Source: Yuukianura sp. NJ FZ-2021 (lineage: Eukaryota). From it: 64,000 bases of DNA. The DNA lies in assembly GCA_046563655.1 (NCBI GenBank), contig CM102284.1, positions 5,270,001 to 5,334,000 on the forward strand, in the 5' to 3' direction. The first letter of the stretch is position 1. Every line of letters starts with the position of its first letter. The notes below the pieces were generated by a model. It ran no database searches. It was given only the letters and a program-made list of their open reading frames with translations, and had not been told where the DNA came from. Shown here piece after piece: positions 13,179-26,200 of the stretch. The position numbers and the translations under genes are program-made.

Positions 13179-15712
13179 ATGGGTAGTGTTGCCAATGTCG
13201 CCCGGTTGCAACAGAACTTAACATCAAAGAAGGCAGAGTTGGCTGAAATTACAGAAGAATTGAGTAAATTGAATGCTAGGAAGCGAAAAGTGGAGAAGGA
13301 AGTCAAGTTGCTAAAAGAAGAATTGGAGTTTCTAAATTCCAGTGATTCGGGTCATAGTCGTTTTGATGGAGACGACTTTCCGTGGTCCAAAGAAGCAACT
13401 GCAAAGCTGAAATCAGTGTTCAAGATTGATTCATTTAGATCTTATCAAAAAGCGGCCATAAATGCGACAATGAGCAAGATTGACTGTATTCTAATTATGC
13501 CGACAGGTGAGAAAACCAATAGTGCAATGACTCAACTGTTGGACATGGCTTTATTTTAACTGGCGTATTCTTGTATTATTGTTAGGTGGTGGTAAATCGC
13601 TTTGTTTTCAACTCCCAGCGATTCTTTCTGACGGAATTACGCTGGTCATCTCTCCATTACTGGCTTTGATGGAAGATCAAATTCAAGGACTTGCAGCATT
13701 GAATATACCGTCGGCCCAGCTAAATTCGCAAACCCACAAAGATGAAAATAAGAAAATCATGACGGCAATGATTGATCCTGCTTCAAAACTAAAATTGCTG
13801 TATGTGACACCGGAGCGTCTCGCAAAATCGAAACGTTTTATGTCACAGTTGGAAAAGATGTACAAAATGGGAAGGCTTGCCAGGCTGGTAATCGATGAAG
13901 TTCATTGTTGTTCCAGTTGGGGACACGATTTCAGGTAACCTCCAGTCACAGTGACATAGAATGTCGGGAGGAGTCCCGCTATTATAAAAAAAAAATTTCC
14001 AATTTCATCTTTATTTTCAGACCAGACTACAAGTTTCTTGGAATCTTGAAGCGACAATTCGGTGGAGTTCCCATCATAGGACTAACAGCTACGGCGACAT
14101 CAAAAGTGTCACTGGACATTCAAAAGATGTTGAATATGGAAGGGTGTCTCATCTACAAAGATAGCTTCTTCCGACCGAATCTCATATATGAAGTTTACGA
14201 TACTGTATCCACCAAGGACCGTGTGGAAGAGCTTGCAGAATTAATCAACGAACGCTTCAAGGGACAGTCGGGGATAATATACTGTCTAACCATTTCCGAT
14301 GTGGAAAACGTTACATCCAAACTACAGAGTCTGGATATCAGCTGTGATCGATACCATGCTCAGTTGGAACCTCATGATCGTTCCAGAATTCAATCGCTTT
14401 GGTACAAGAACGAAATTTCCATTATCGTCGCTACTGTTGCGTTTGGATTGGGGATAAACAAACTGGATGTCCGTTTTGTTCTTCATTTCTCTATTTCGAA
14501 GTCACTAGAAAATTTTTATCAGGTAAGGGATTGACGTTGATCTCAATTCTACAGTTGATTTTATTGGTCGTATGCTTAATGCCAAAGTTACCGTAACCTT
14601 GCCTTGACTCACAGGTCAAAGTAAGGTTTTCATATGTTTAAGAGGAAACCCATTTATTATTTTGTTGTCATTCTACAGGAAAGCGGACGTGGTGGTCGTG
14701 ATGGCTTGGAAGCCTACTGCATTTTGTTTTACCAACTAAACGACGTATTTCGTGCAACGTCGATGATGATGGCTGAGAAGAACGGAATTCAAAACGTGTA
14801 CAACATGCTCGAATACTGTTTGGATCGAGACACTTGCCGAAAGCAGCTGATTTCCCAACACTTTGGAGATGCTTCGGACAGTGACTCTTGTCAAGGAATG
14901 TGCGACAACTGCTTAGCCACGAAGTTAGCTGAAAATGGAAATCATTCCAAACCTGGTGTCGAGACACTAAATGTTGCTCCACTTCTGTCAGACATACTCA
15001 AGTTGTTAAACCATGGAGAAAACACGGAACAGCGAGTTACGATCATCAAACTAATGAATGCTTGGTTTTCGAAAGGAGAGAAGAAACTGCGGTTGGATGA
15101 GGTCAAGGTTCCGAAGTATTCAAGAACCCTTTGCGAATCCGTGGTAGCACGTTTGTTACTTGATCAGTACCTGAGTGAGGAGTTTCATTGTAAGTGGAAT
15201 ATAATCGAAACTTACTAAATACTTGGTGTAAATTAGTCTAATTTCTCAATTGATTTACAGTTACTCCATACGCTACAATCTCTCATCTTGTTCCTGGACC
15301 GAAGAAGCATCAAGCAGAAACCGCCTTAAATTATACTTTCCCTACAAGTGCTTCGACCTTTTCTGTCTCAAAAATGAAGCGATATTCTCTTCCTGTGAAA
15401 TCAGCCACTGTGACAGTACTCCCTGGAACCACCAAAGTTCCAGAGCAAAGTACTTCTTCCAGTATCAGTTCTTGTGGAGTTACCAACGGCTTTTCCCATT
15501 CTGAAGACGACGAAGAACGTGAGAGCAGTTACTTTGAAGCATCTCCTCTGAAAACATCCAATACCAACCCGACACCTAAAAAGTTTACGTTCAAACCACC
15601 GTCTCAGTTATCCTCTAAATTGGCAAACGGTTCGACACCGAAAAAAAGGAAGATGGTTATCGATTCAAGCAGTGACGAAGAGGATGCTGATGAAGTAGTC
15701 TGTATTAATTGA
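13179..15712 (+). CDS. RECQL: ATP-dependent DNA helicase Q1 (RECQ1)
   Basis: N-terminal coiled coil; MPTG/GGKSLCFQLP; DEVHCCSSWGHDFRPDY; QESGRGGRDG; RQC Zn motif CRK...CQGMCDNC; RECQ1-type FHFTPYATISHL; no HRDC domain seen. Confidence 0.95.
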
Positions 15713-16434
15713 CTTGGAAGTTGTTTAATTACAAACTACGATCTCAGTTTTTAAGTTTTTAATTTTAACAACCAAAAACTTCTTTTATACATAAGAAACG
15801 AGCCTTTGCACTATTTTCTATTCAATTTTTTTTCCGTAATTCGCAATTTGATTCCCAAACTAAAAATGATATCCAGGCACATCTTTGTAAGTTTTTGACT
15901 AAACAAATAAATGAAAGAAACTGAAGGTTATGAAGCTTATGTATCCAGTCCGTGACCTCCGTGATAATCACGCACTCTTCTTCCTGTTTGCGGTTAACAT
16001 GCTCAGATTCATCCTGAATTAACAAAAAATCACTCTTTCGGTTTCACACTTCATGAATTTATCACTGAATTCACAATAGGAACGGGAAGAAGAAGGTTAT
16101 ATTTAAAACTTTTTTAATTCTGTTGATTTTTTAAACATTTGGCAAAGCATCAAATTGAGTGGAATTTTTTAAAAATCAAACTTCTAATGCTGGATAGCAT
16201 AGACTTTTGAATTCTACTCTCTCTTTTTTTTTAGTTTTTAGTATTCATCACTTTTTTTTAGTTTATCAAGGTCAAAAGACGCTTTGTAAATCCAAATCTT
16301 TTGTAATATTTGCAATGATGATGGGATTTTGCAAATCTGCTATTCATATTCAAGTGACCACTTCAGTTTGACTTTGGATGAGCAGAAGAATTGTGGAAAT
16401 CCGCGTGACTTGAGGCACAAAAAACTGGATCAGA

Positions 16435-18895
16435 ATGTTGGCGTCCCTGCAGAATTTGGATATTCAGCGACCAGGTCATTTGGTGCTGGTGGGGTCATCA
16501 ATCGCTTTTGGCGGGGTCATAAGCGTCTACAGCTTCAAAAAGTTAATGTTCCTCAAGGTAAACGGGCTCTACGAATTAAATTCATTAAATTTTATGCTTA
16601 TTATGGTTTATGATTACCTTGCTTTGATGCAATTTGTTCTTGTTTTGGTAGGAACGACGACGCTTGAGGAAAGTGACAAAGCGGAAACAAGAAGAGAGGG
16701 CAGCAGCGTTTGCGGAACTGAGAGCCAAGTATAAGTTGACAAAAGAAGTCCGCAATATTCTGGAAACGCCAACAGACCAACTCATTGATAAACTTCAGGC
16801 GAGAGAGGTCACGGCCAAAGCCGTTCTGCAAGCATTCATTTACAAATCGCTTCAAGTAACTGATCAAACTAACTGCATAACGGAGTACATTCCACAAGCT
16901 GTGGTAAGATGTTGAAAGAAAATCTAGCATATTTTGAAATACTGTCCAAAGTTGCTTATTTTTCAAAGGAATGGGCTGAAAAATTGGACAGTTTGGGGTC
17001 AGTCAAGGGCCCCCTTCATGGAATCCCGTTCTGTGTCAAAGATGACACGGACATTAAGGGAATGGACTCTACGTTGGGATATGCCAAGTTTTTGTATGAC
17101 CCAGCAGCTGAATCTGCAGCGATCGTCAAAGTACTTCGAGATTTGGGTGACTTTAAAAAGCAAACGATGGATTCTGTTTTAAACTAAAAAGTTAAAAAGT
17201 TAATTCTGATTCGGGTTTGAAAAATACTTGCAGGCGGCGTGCCATTTTGTCGCACGAATGTTCCCATGTCCCTGATTAGCTTTGGAAGCTCCAACCCAAT
17301 ATTCGGGACAACATTTAGTTCCCAATTTCCAGAGAGGAAGTTAGGTCCTGGTGGCTCCAGCAGTGGAACTGGGTCTTTGGTGGGATCTGGTGGGGCCATT
17401 TTTGGCCTCGGCTCGGATATTGGTGGCTCTGTTCGAATTCCAGGTAAATTTTGATTTTATGCTTCAATTTTCTTTCAACCTACATTTTGCAACTCTTATT
17501 TTCATATTCTCAAATTGTTTAAATCACCTTTCAGCCCACTGTAACGGGATTTGCACCTTGCGACCAACAGTTGGAAGACTCTGCGTGAAAGGTGTTGGAG
17601 TCCGAATTCTGCCTGGTTTGGTGGGAAGTTAGTAAAAGCTTAATACAAAATACTAGTCAAAAGCAATGACACTGACAACTGCTAGGAATGTTTCATGCTA
17701 CGACGTTTTCTCCAATTTTAGTCCACGGCGTCTCTGGCATCTTAACTCCACAGCCGCGTTATTTAGCCCTCATCTTCAAATCAATCGTCGAAGGAGATTT
17801 GCAAAGAAAGTACGACGGAACTGTGGTTCCCGTTCCTTGGAATGCTAAGGTAAGCCACAAAATTGTACCAATTTTTGCAATTTACAATTCAATTAGTTTA
17901 AAGAACTTTTTCTACTGCTGATCTCTTTTTTTAAGATGTTCAACTCATCTAACAGTCTCAAAATCGGATACTACACGTCAATCCCTATGTTTCCAGCGAT
18001 TGGTTCAACAGAGAAAACTGTTTTAAATGCAAAACAGGCCTTGGAAAGCAGGGGTCACACCCTGATTCCCTTTGACCTCGGTCCTGAAAGCATCCCTCAA
18101 ATATGCGAGTTATTCGGGGACTTTGCATTTGCTGACCACGGGAAAAACCTCATAGACCTTCACTATGGCGAAGAAGACGGAGTTACCATGAGACATTTGT
18201 GGATGCTATGGATTCCTGTTTGGATTCGGCGCATAGGATCTGCCTTACTCAAATGGATTCCAGGATGTCAAGAATTGGCCCATGACCTCAGCACTGGATT
18301 CAACTCGGACACTTCCGTCAAGTTGTGGAAATGCATGAAACAACGAGATGCGCATGTTGAGCATGTTCTGTCCTGTATGGATCTATTGCAGTTGGACGCT
18401 ATCCTCGCCCCAGCATTTCCGTGTGCTGCTCTTCATGTCGACCAGTTTAATGACCCAAAGTTGTTCAGTAAGTTCGAAATTTGTGATTTTGAAGCTCGAA
18501 TTTTTCAAATGCAGAACTAAAAGTAAATTGTTCACTTTTTGTCCAATAGTAGCTGCATGCTATACAATGATTTGGAATCTGCTTGACATGCCGGCGGGTG
18601 TGGTCCGGTTTGGAACTGAAACTGGTAAAGATGGAAGAGAAAGTAGAAGCGATGACAGTCCTGCATGGAGGAGAGCAAATAAGGTGAAATTACAACTCTT
18701 TGCCACTAAATTTTTAAAAATCGTTCTAAAATTTTTGACCTTTTGACCTTTGGTAAATTTCAGGCAATTGCTCAATCCGTTGGAATGCCCATAGGAGTTC
18801 AAGTGGTTGGAAAAAAGTTTGAAGAAGAGATGGTTCTTAGGATTATGAATGAATTGGATGATATTTACCAAAATGAACTTTTGACCGAATCTTGA
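16435..18895 (+). CDS. Fatty-acid amide hydrolase-like amidase (paralog 2)
   Basis: GPLHGIPFCVKDD, RTNVPMS, PGGSSSGTG, GSDIGGSVRIPAHCNG, WNLLDMPAGVV, GMPIGVQVVGKKFEEEMVLRIM; TGA 18893-18895. Confidence 0.9.
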
Positions 18896-19049
18896 AGAGG
18901 TCACAGGTCAAAAGTGTAGCAAATAAAAGTTTGTCCAGCATTTTTGGGCAAAGCGTTAAATTTTTTTCATCGAATTTCGAAATTTCGAAGAAGGACGCTG
19001 GACACCGAAGAGCCTGTTGCGTTGCATGTTGCTGGTGAAAAGAGAGATC

Positions 19050-19062
19050 GTTGCCAAGAGAC
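19050..19062. promoter_or_regulatory. Candidate RFX X-box upstream of OFD1
   Basis: GTTGCCAAGAGAC (GTCTCTTGGCAAC on -), a 13-bp X-box form about 140 bp upstream of the predicted ATG. Confidence 0.55.
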
Positions 19063-19198
19063 GAGAAGTCTAAACATTGCAGCATTTCGAAAAGAAACAG
19101 TGCTAAAAACTTTTTTAAATCAGCTGTGTGGGGCTACACATTCAGTTTTTTTCGATTTTTAATTTTTGTGTTTTAGATTTTTAAAACTTCTTTTCACA

Positions 19199-22100
19199 AT
19201 GCATAAAGCTCTAAGCAATATTCTGCAGCAGTATCTCCGTCAAGAGACGCTTGTTACTGGAGAAAATGGAGGAGTAGATGAGGAGCTACTGGAATCCCTA
19301 CACAAATGGTGAGATTTTTGGTTCTGATGAACCAAATTTTGAAAAAAGTTCAACTTTTTTTTGCAATTTTCAGTTTTCTACCAAAGTTCTAAGAGCTGCT
19401 GTTGCAATACAACTGGAATGTCGTCTAAACTTTCATTTTGGCTTTCCATTTTTTCAGTTTGGAAGAGAAAGGTGTGTTGAAGGACGTCCACGCATTTCTT
19501 CGGAAGCGACTTGTTGCTGTCCTTAAGGGCACTTGGCCACAACTCTTCGATCACTTTCGATCAGACCGAGATCTAAATCCAATTGTTCTGAAACTAATAG
19601 AAGACTTCCTTTGTTCTCATAAACTTCTGTTCACTCTCTCCATCCTCACGACAGAACTGGGAGATGCCTTTTGTCCCAAAGGTAAATTCACTTTCACTTG
19701 TTAACTAACTTTCTCTAACCCAATTTAAACTAAAATTTTACTTTTAAAACTTAATTTGCCAGTGGGGTTTGGAAAGTTGTCTTCTCTGGATGCAGAAGCT
19801 CTTCTGTTCAACCTCGGAGTTCGACCTGACACTGTTCCTTCTCAGAAGATACTTGAGAATTATGCATCTACCAAAGGGAACAAGAGTCTCTTTGAATGTA
19901 TCATCAGTTTCTGTCCTGCTGGAATTTTTGGAAGTACTGAATATACTGGACCAGTAGTTTCCAAAGAAGTTCCTGAACAAGGACAAGGACAAAAGGAAAT
20001 TAGGTCACAACTACTTAAGAATATTTTGACACTTGATGAACGACTGAAGAAGGTTGATGACAAATTCCATAGGTCTCAACAACAGCAGCATCCAAGCAAG
20101 AAGAATACAAATCTCAAGAGAGTCGAAAACATGTCAGTTGATGAACGTTTCAGACACTTCGCACTCGATTTGGAACGTGACAAGCAAATTCAGCTACAAA
20201 TTGCAATTGACAAGTTAGTTCCATGAGATTCCCCAAAATCATCGCATTTCATGAAATTTTGATAACTTTTTTCCATTTCAGATTCAAAAGTGAAGAAATA
20301 AGTCGGATCAAAGAAGAAATTGAAACGGATCAAAAGTTTGAACTATTGAGGAAAGAGAAAGAACTTCTGGCAAATTACGAAGAGAAAGTGATTCACCTCA
20401 AAAATAATTTGGAACGAGAAAAGGAAGTCTGGGTGATTGAAAAGACACAAAAGGAGAGAGAAATTCTGGACAAGAGAGAGGAACTGTTAGAAGCGATTCA
20501 AAGTGCTCATGAAAAACGAAACGAGCAGAAACGCTTTTCAGAAGTAGCGACGCAAACTATTGACGCTGCAGAAGGATTGGTTCAGGTCGAAGCGATTGAC
20601 GCTTCGGGTGGGAAAGTTTCGGAAATTGATTCAATGTTTTTATTTGCCAAAACACCGGAACAAAGAGACATGGAAAGAACGTATCTTCTTAGAGAAGCCA
20701 AGCTAAAACTAACAATTGAAAAGTAAGTATTGAGTTTGACCTTGGCTGATTTTTTCAAAATATCAAAAATTTTAATTTTTCTTATGCTTATAGGCTCCAG
20801 AGGGAAATCCAATCCCTTAGAAAGGCTCCTTCTCCAACGAAAGCCAGGAAAACAATTTCCAGAAACAGGAGAAAGGATGAAGAGTCCAGTAAAGTCAGTG
20901 AAAGTGACAGCTTCAGTCAAGACACGCCACAACGTCACCGTACAGCAATTCGTGAATCTGTCATGCCAAAGTCAAGGCCAATAGAACCCGGAATTTCACC
21001 AAGCAGAAATTCTAAGGAGAAGTCAAAACGCTCGAGAGTGTTTTACAGATCGGAAACTCCCGGAAAAGATAATTGGACCAATCACTTCATTTCTCCAGCC
21101 ACTGCTGACAATACAGACACCGTGGCCTTTCTCCAGTATCAACTGGAGTGCCAAAGCGAAGAAATTGAAAAGCTACGAAAAGCCATGGAGCAAAGTAAGC
21201 AAGCAAAATTACCGCCAGTTGTACCTAAGGCAACATTCCAGAAACCTACGGCGCGGCATATTCCAGTACCATCACCGCCACAAATTCCCCAGTGTTTAGA
21301 AAGTTCCGATGTTGATGGTTTTCTTCGCGAGGCTAAACAACGTATTTCAGACATTGAAAAAGAAGCTACGCTAGTAGAACAAACCCTGAAGCGAATTCAC
21401 AGCAGCGATCCACTAACTTCCAATGGGTCATCGCTGCTACCAGATTTTCTGGAGAAAAAGTTTCTCTCATCCAAGCCGCCTCCGCCTCGTCCAGAAATTC
21501 CAGAACTGTTGCTCCAGCGTCTCAATTCCCTCCAGGAGCAATTCTCTCGTCCAAGGAATCTTCAGGTTCCAATTCGTCGAATACCAGATATTCCATCTAT
21601 TCCAGTAATTGAGAAGACGGTAAGCTTCGACCGACTGGACAACGATCCAGAGTTTGAAGCACTTTGTCTCCGATACCGGCAGTTTCTAGATTCTCAAGCC
21701 CTTCAGGCTCCAGCAGTGTCCAGAAATACCTCCAGTCGTCACAATTTATTTCCAGAAGAACATGATGCGTCACTTCTTCAGAAAAATCGCAGCGATAAGA
21801 TGATAGAAGCTGCTGACGACGGAACCTGTTCTCGTTCACTCCCATCTTCTCCTCCCCCTGCCAGAAAAACTGCCAGCATTTTCAAAAAAATCCAAGAAGA
21901 TGATGCTGAAACGAGTTCTCCTTCGTCCATTTCCTACTTAAGAAACGAAGGGAAAAATGACATTGACAAATCCTTGGACCGTGTCGCAGTGACTTCTGCT
22001 TCTCCTCCACTAAAAACCGTGGAAAAAGAAAGTGGTGGTGGTGAATTGAGTGAGGGAGTGTCATTGCACAGTTCGGCCACTCGATGTGGAGCTTTGGTGA

Positions 22101-22603
22101 AAAATAATGTGGGTGGGACAGGACACGGTGGCGGTGGGGAGGACGACAGGCGTCATGGCAGTAGTGACGAGAGTCTTAAGACTTCATCTGCTGGAACTAC
22201 GCTCGAATCATCCTCAACTTCCGTCTTTGTACCTAAGTCGCTGGATCTCCAGGAAAAAGCTGGAACAGGAACTGGAACTACTACTAAAGAAAATCTGGAA
22301 GTGAAAGGTAGCAGCGTTGTTCAGGGGAGCCGGAGTGGTGTAGAGAAAGGATTTGTGGAAGATTCAAAATCTAATCCGATCAATGCCACTTCCAATTCAA
22401 CTTTTCCAATGTCCTTCATGCCCTTTAACAACGAACAAAAAGTTGCTCCACCACATAAGTCCCACCTTAACACTAAATCTTTGGCCCCACCACCAGCCCC
22501 ACCCAATTTATTTGAAGACCTGGAAGAGGAACTGGAGGATCTCGGTCCGATAGAAACCAGCGAAGACTTGGCAATGGATGAAAATCTTTTTTGGCAAATG
22601 TAA
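19199..22603 (+). CDS. OFD1: OFD1-like centriole/basal body protein (LisH plus coiled coil)
   Basis: ELLESLHKWLEEKGVLKDVHAFLRKRLV; LisH LIEDFLCSHKLLFTLSILTTE; LDERLKKVDDKF...FKSEEISRIK coiled coil recall the OFD1 N-terminus; long disordered C-terminal exon. Start codon inferred. Confidence 0.75.
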
Positions 22604-23218
22604 TTAGTTCGTGGTTTAATTAGTTTAAGATTTCAGGAAAGTTCTTTTTTCAAATTCTGGCGAAAGGTCAGAGGTGAAATGTCAAAAACTTAAACTTCAA
22701 TCATGTGTTCATGTTTTTCGAGATTTTAGAATTTGGTTTTGAAAGAAATCGGTGACTCCGAAGCAGAAAGTAAAAATTTAGAGTACAAAATTGAATTTAC
22801 TTTCACTTTCAGTTCAATTTTAAGTTTTACAATGCTTTGCAATTTCATATTAAAGTTATTTTCTACGTGTTAGTTTCAGTTTAACCTCATGACGAGCGTC
22901 TTTGTTTAACAAAACCGGTTTTGATTTTCGCATTAGGAGTCCCTACAACCTATTATGTTATATATCAGTTCAGAGATTAACAATTCTGTGGGAAAACCAC
23001 TTGTGTTTTGAAGTGGGTTTCTATACTTTACAATACACTTTATAAAGTTACAATCATGTGTCAAACTCTATCATAAAACTGCATGTTTGCTTAACATAGT
23101 TTTAAAATTGAGCTGTTCTCAGCGTGCGAGGTGACAAAGCTCACTTTTAACTTTGCCTTCAAGCTGAACATTTGACAGTTAGTTATAGTACAGCACACAG
23201 GTCAATTTGACTCCAAAA

Positions 23219-26200
23219 ATGTTCGGATCTTGTTGCTGCCAACAATGGATTGGCGGAATACTGATGGCTCTGCTGACCTGGGTAATGTGGTTGGTGGCTC
23301 AACGGATTATCGTAAGTTTTTATGATTTTGGATTTCGGAAATTTCAAATTCGGCGATTTGAAGCTCATACTGAAGTCAAGGTCATGTTGTATTTTTTTAG
23401 GCTAAGAATGAACTTGCGCCTAAGCTGAAAAAGAAACAGAAACAACGAGAAGAGGCATTTAAGCAAGTTGAAAGAAAGTACGGAACTGTGACCCCAGAGG
23501 TCAAGAAAATCATTGACCTTTCGGATGACGAACTGCTGGATCAACTCCAGAGCCGGAAACTTACAGCAACTCAAGTGCTACAGGCTTTTATTACCCAGGT
23601 TAGTTTTTAATTCAGAAATTTTTGAATTTAATTTTAAACTTCAAACTAACACTTGAAAATGTGGTTTTTCCAGGCTTACCAAGTGCAGAAGGCACACAAT
23701 TGCGTGATTGAATTCCTTCCAGAGGCACATGATTTGGCTGAACAGTTAGATGAAATGAAAGAGGTCAAAGGTCCTCTCCATGGTTTGCCAGTTAGTATCA
23801 AGGATAACGTTGATTTCAAAGGACACGACAGGTAACTTTCACTTTTTCAAATTTTGGTTTTCTAAAATCTTAACAATTTTTTGGCTTTTTAGTACTCTGG
23901 GATTGGTCAAAAAGTGTTTTGACCCTAAAACCGAACATGCCGTGATTGTCAAAGTGTTGTTGGATCTTGGAGCAGTGCCTTTCTGGTAACTCTTTCTAAG
24001 ACTAAATTTTAATTCTTATTAATCTAAATAATTTTATTTAATCAAATTTTATTTAGATTTCATAAAAAAATTCAATTTAACAGTTGAATTTAAAAGGTGA
24101 TGTGGTTTTTTCAAAAATTGCAAGACCCGTAAAAGAAAATGAAAATTTTGATGCTACAACCAGACGCCATAAAAAAATTAATTAGTACTCTCTGCAGTAT
24201 CTGTGTGGGAGAAATCTCGATAGCGGAATGCGAGATAAGGGAATTCTCGATGGGGGAATGCGAGATAACGGAATTCGCTTTAAGTTATCGGCGATAACAT
24301 ACTAAGTGACATCACAAAGTCAGATTTAGTGACGTCACAAAGTTGAGAGAAAGCGGAACCTTTTTGTTGTGTAGAATATCCGGATAGTTGAGCCAAGCAA
24401 GTTTTTATGGCATGAACAGAATTATTGTAGAATTGCTATTTTATAGTACATACATGTACAATGATTTGACTTTAGTTTGTGATACTCCCTCTCCTTAATT
24501 AATTTAATTTAACATTAATTAATTAAAATTCTTGATTTTTTTTAGTAAGACGAACGTGCCACAAACACTGCTTAGGTAAGGAATCAGACGTTTTTGGAGA
24601 CGCAGGAAATGTGTTGACTAAAACTAAGCCAAATAAATATTTCATTTTCAGTATCTCATGTTCCAATCCCGTTTTCGGCGAAACCACCAACCCACTCAAT
24701 CCTAAACTCACATGTATGACATTACTAACAAAAAGTATTTAAATTTTGAAAATTTGGAATTTTAAGAAAATTTTATGAATAGCTGGCGGTTCCAGTGGTG
24801 GTGAAGCTGCTTTGATTGCTGGCGGTGGAAGTCGGTTGGGAATTGGCAGTGACATTGGTGGATCCGCTCGAATTCCGGCTCACTTTTGCGGTGTTTTCGG
24901 ATTCAAGCCGACGAGTTTCAGGCTCAGGTTTGTGCAAACATTCAAAATTTCAGATTTTCAGACTACGAATTCAACTCAAAATTTTGGAAATTGATCTTTT
25001 TAGCCCTCGTGGATTTTCAGCGTCCATTCCAAACGTCATCGGAAGTAAGTATCAAACTCAGAGTTTTTTTTTTTTGAAAAATTATATTAATTTTTTTTAA
25101 CCTTCCATAGTCTCTGGATGTCCAGGAATATTGTCCAAAAATCTTGATTTGATGATCAAAGCTACGAAAAGTTTGATTGAAAACAACAGGCAACACAACT
25201 ATGATCAATTAACATTGCCCATTCCATGGAACAACAAGGTTAGTCTCATTGCAACAAAAAATCGATTTATGAACATGCATTTTTGAACTCAGCAAAAATA
25301 TTGCATCTTTTGCTTTTTTAGCCATTTGAAGAGAATCGAAAACTGCGAATTGGATACTACACGTCATTTCCAACTTACTTCCAGCCTGGTAAGTGGGTCA
25401 TCCATTTCCAAAATGCTGAATTGACAGAACCCCATAATTTATCGATTCATGTCAAAACGGAAAAAATGCTTTCGAAATATAGTTTTCTAAAAATTCTATT
25501 TTCGTTTGAATAGCTGGAGACACTGAAAAAGTAGTTCTGGATGCCAAGAAAGCCCTGGAAAACCATGGACACACGCTAATTCCATTTCAGATGCCAGACG
25601 GATTCGAGATTATGCGGTTAGGTTCTGCCTTTACTTTTGCTGATCTGGGAGCCGCCTTTCGGAAATACTGGTAAGAAGGAAATGAAAATTGATTTTTTTT
25701 AAAATCTGGAATAGAATTTAGCGTTTCCCCTTAAAACATCCTTCTCAACTGAAGTTAGAAATAGAAATATTGAATTCCTTTCAATTCAATCTCTGGTGAA
25801 TGACCGGTTTGAGTTGTTGATCCGAGAAAAACGAAATTAGGGAAAGCGCTAATCAAATGACAGGAAATGCCAAGAACTTTGCCATTTCCTAAGTTCTAAA
25901 GAGTTACAACCCCAGATTATCTACGACCTTTGACCTTTTGAACATATTTCTTAAACTAACAAGGAGTCCAGCTTTCACTTTTCAAACTTGACTGAGCTGA
26001 GATTCCATGAAGTTCAATTGAGCAAAGGAAAGATAACAAACGAAGGAGAAATCAAAGAAAGTTTCAGTTTTTTTGGTAAAGGAAAAATCGACTCATCTTT
26101 TTGTAAACAAAAATCAGAGTCCCTTTGTTTTTATACAATTTACTACAAAATTGAGACTACAAATTTTGAAAGCTGCGGAAATTTCGTTTCTATCATACTG

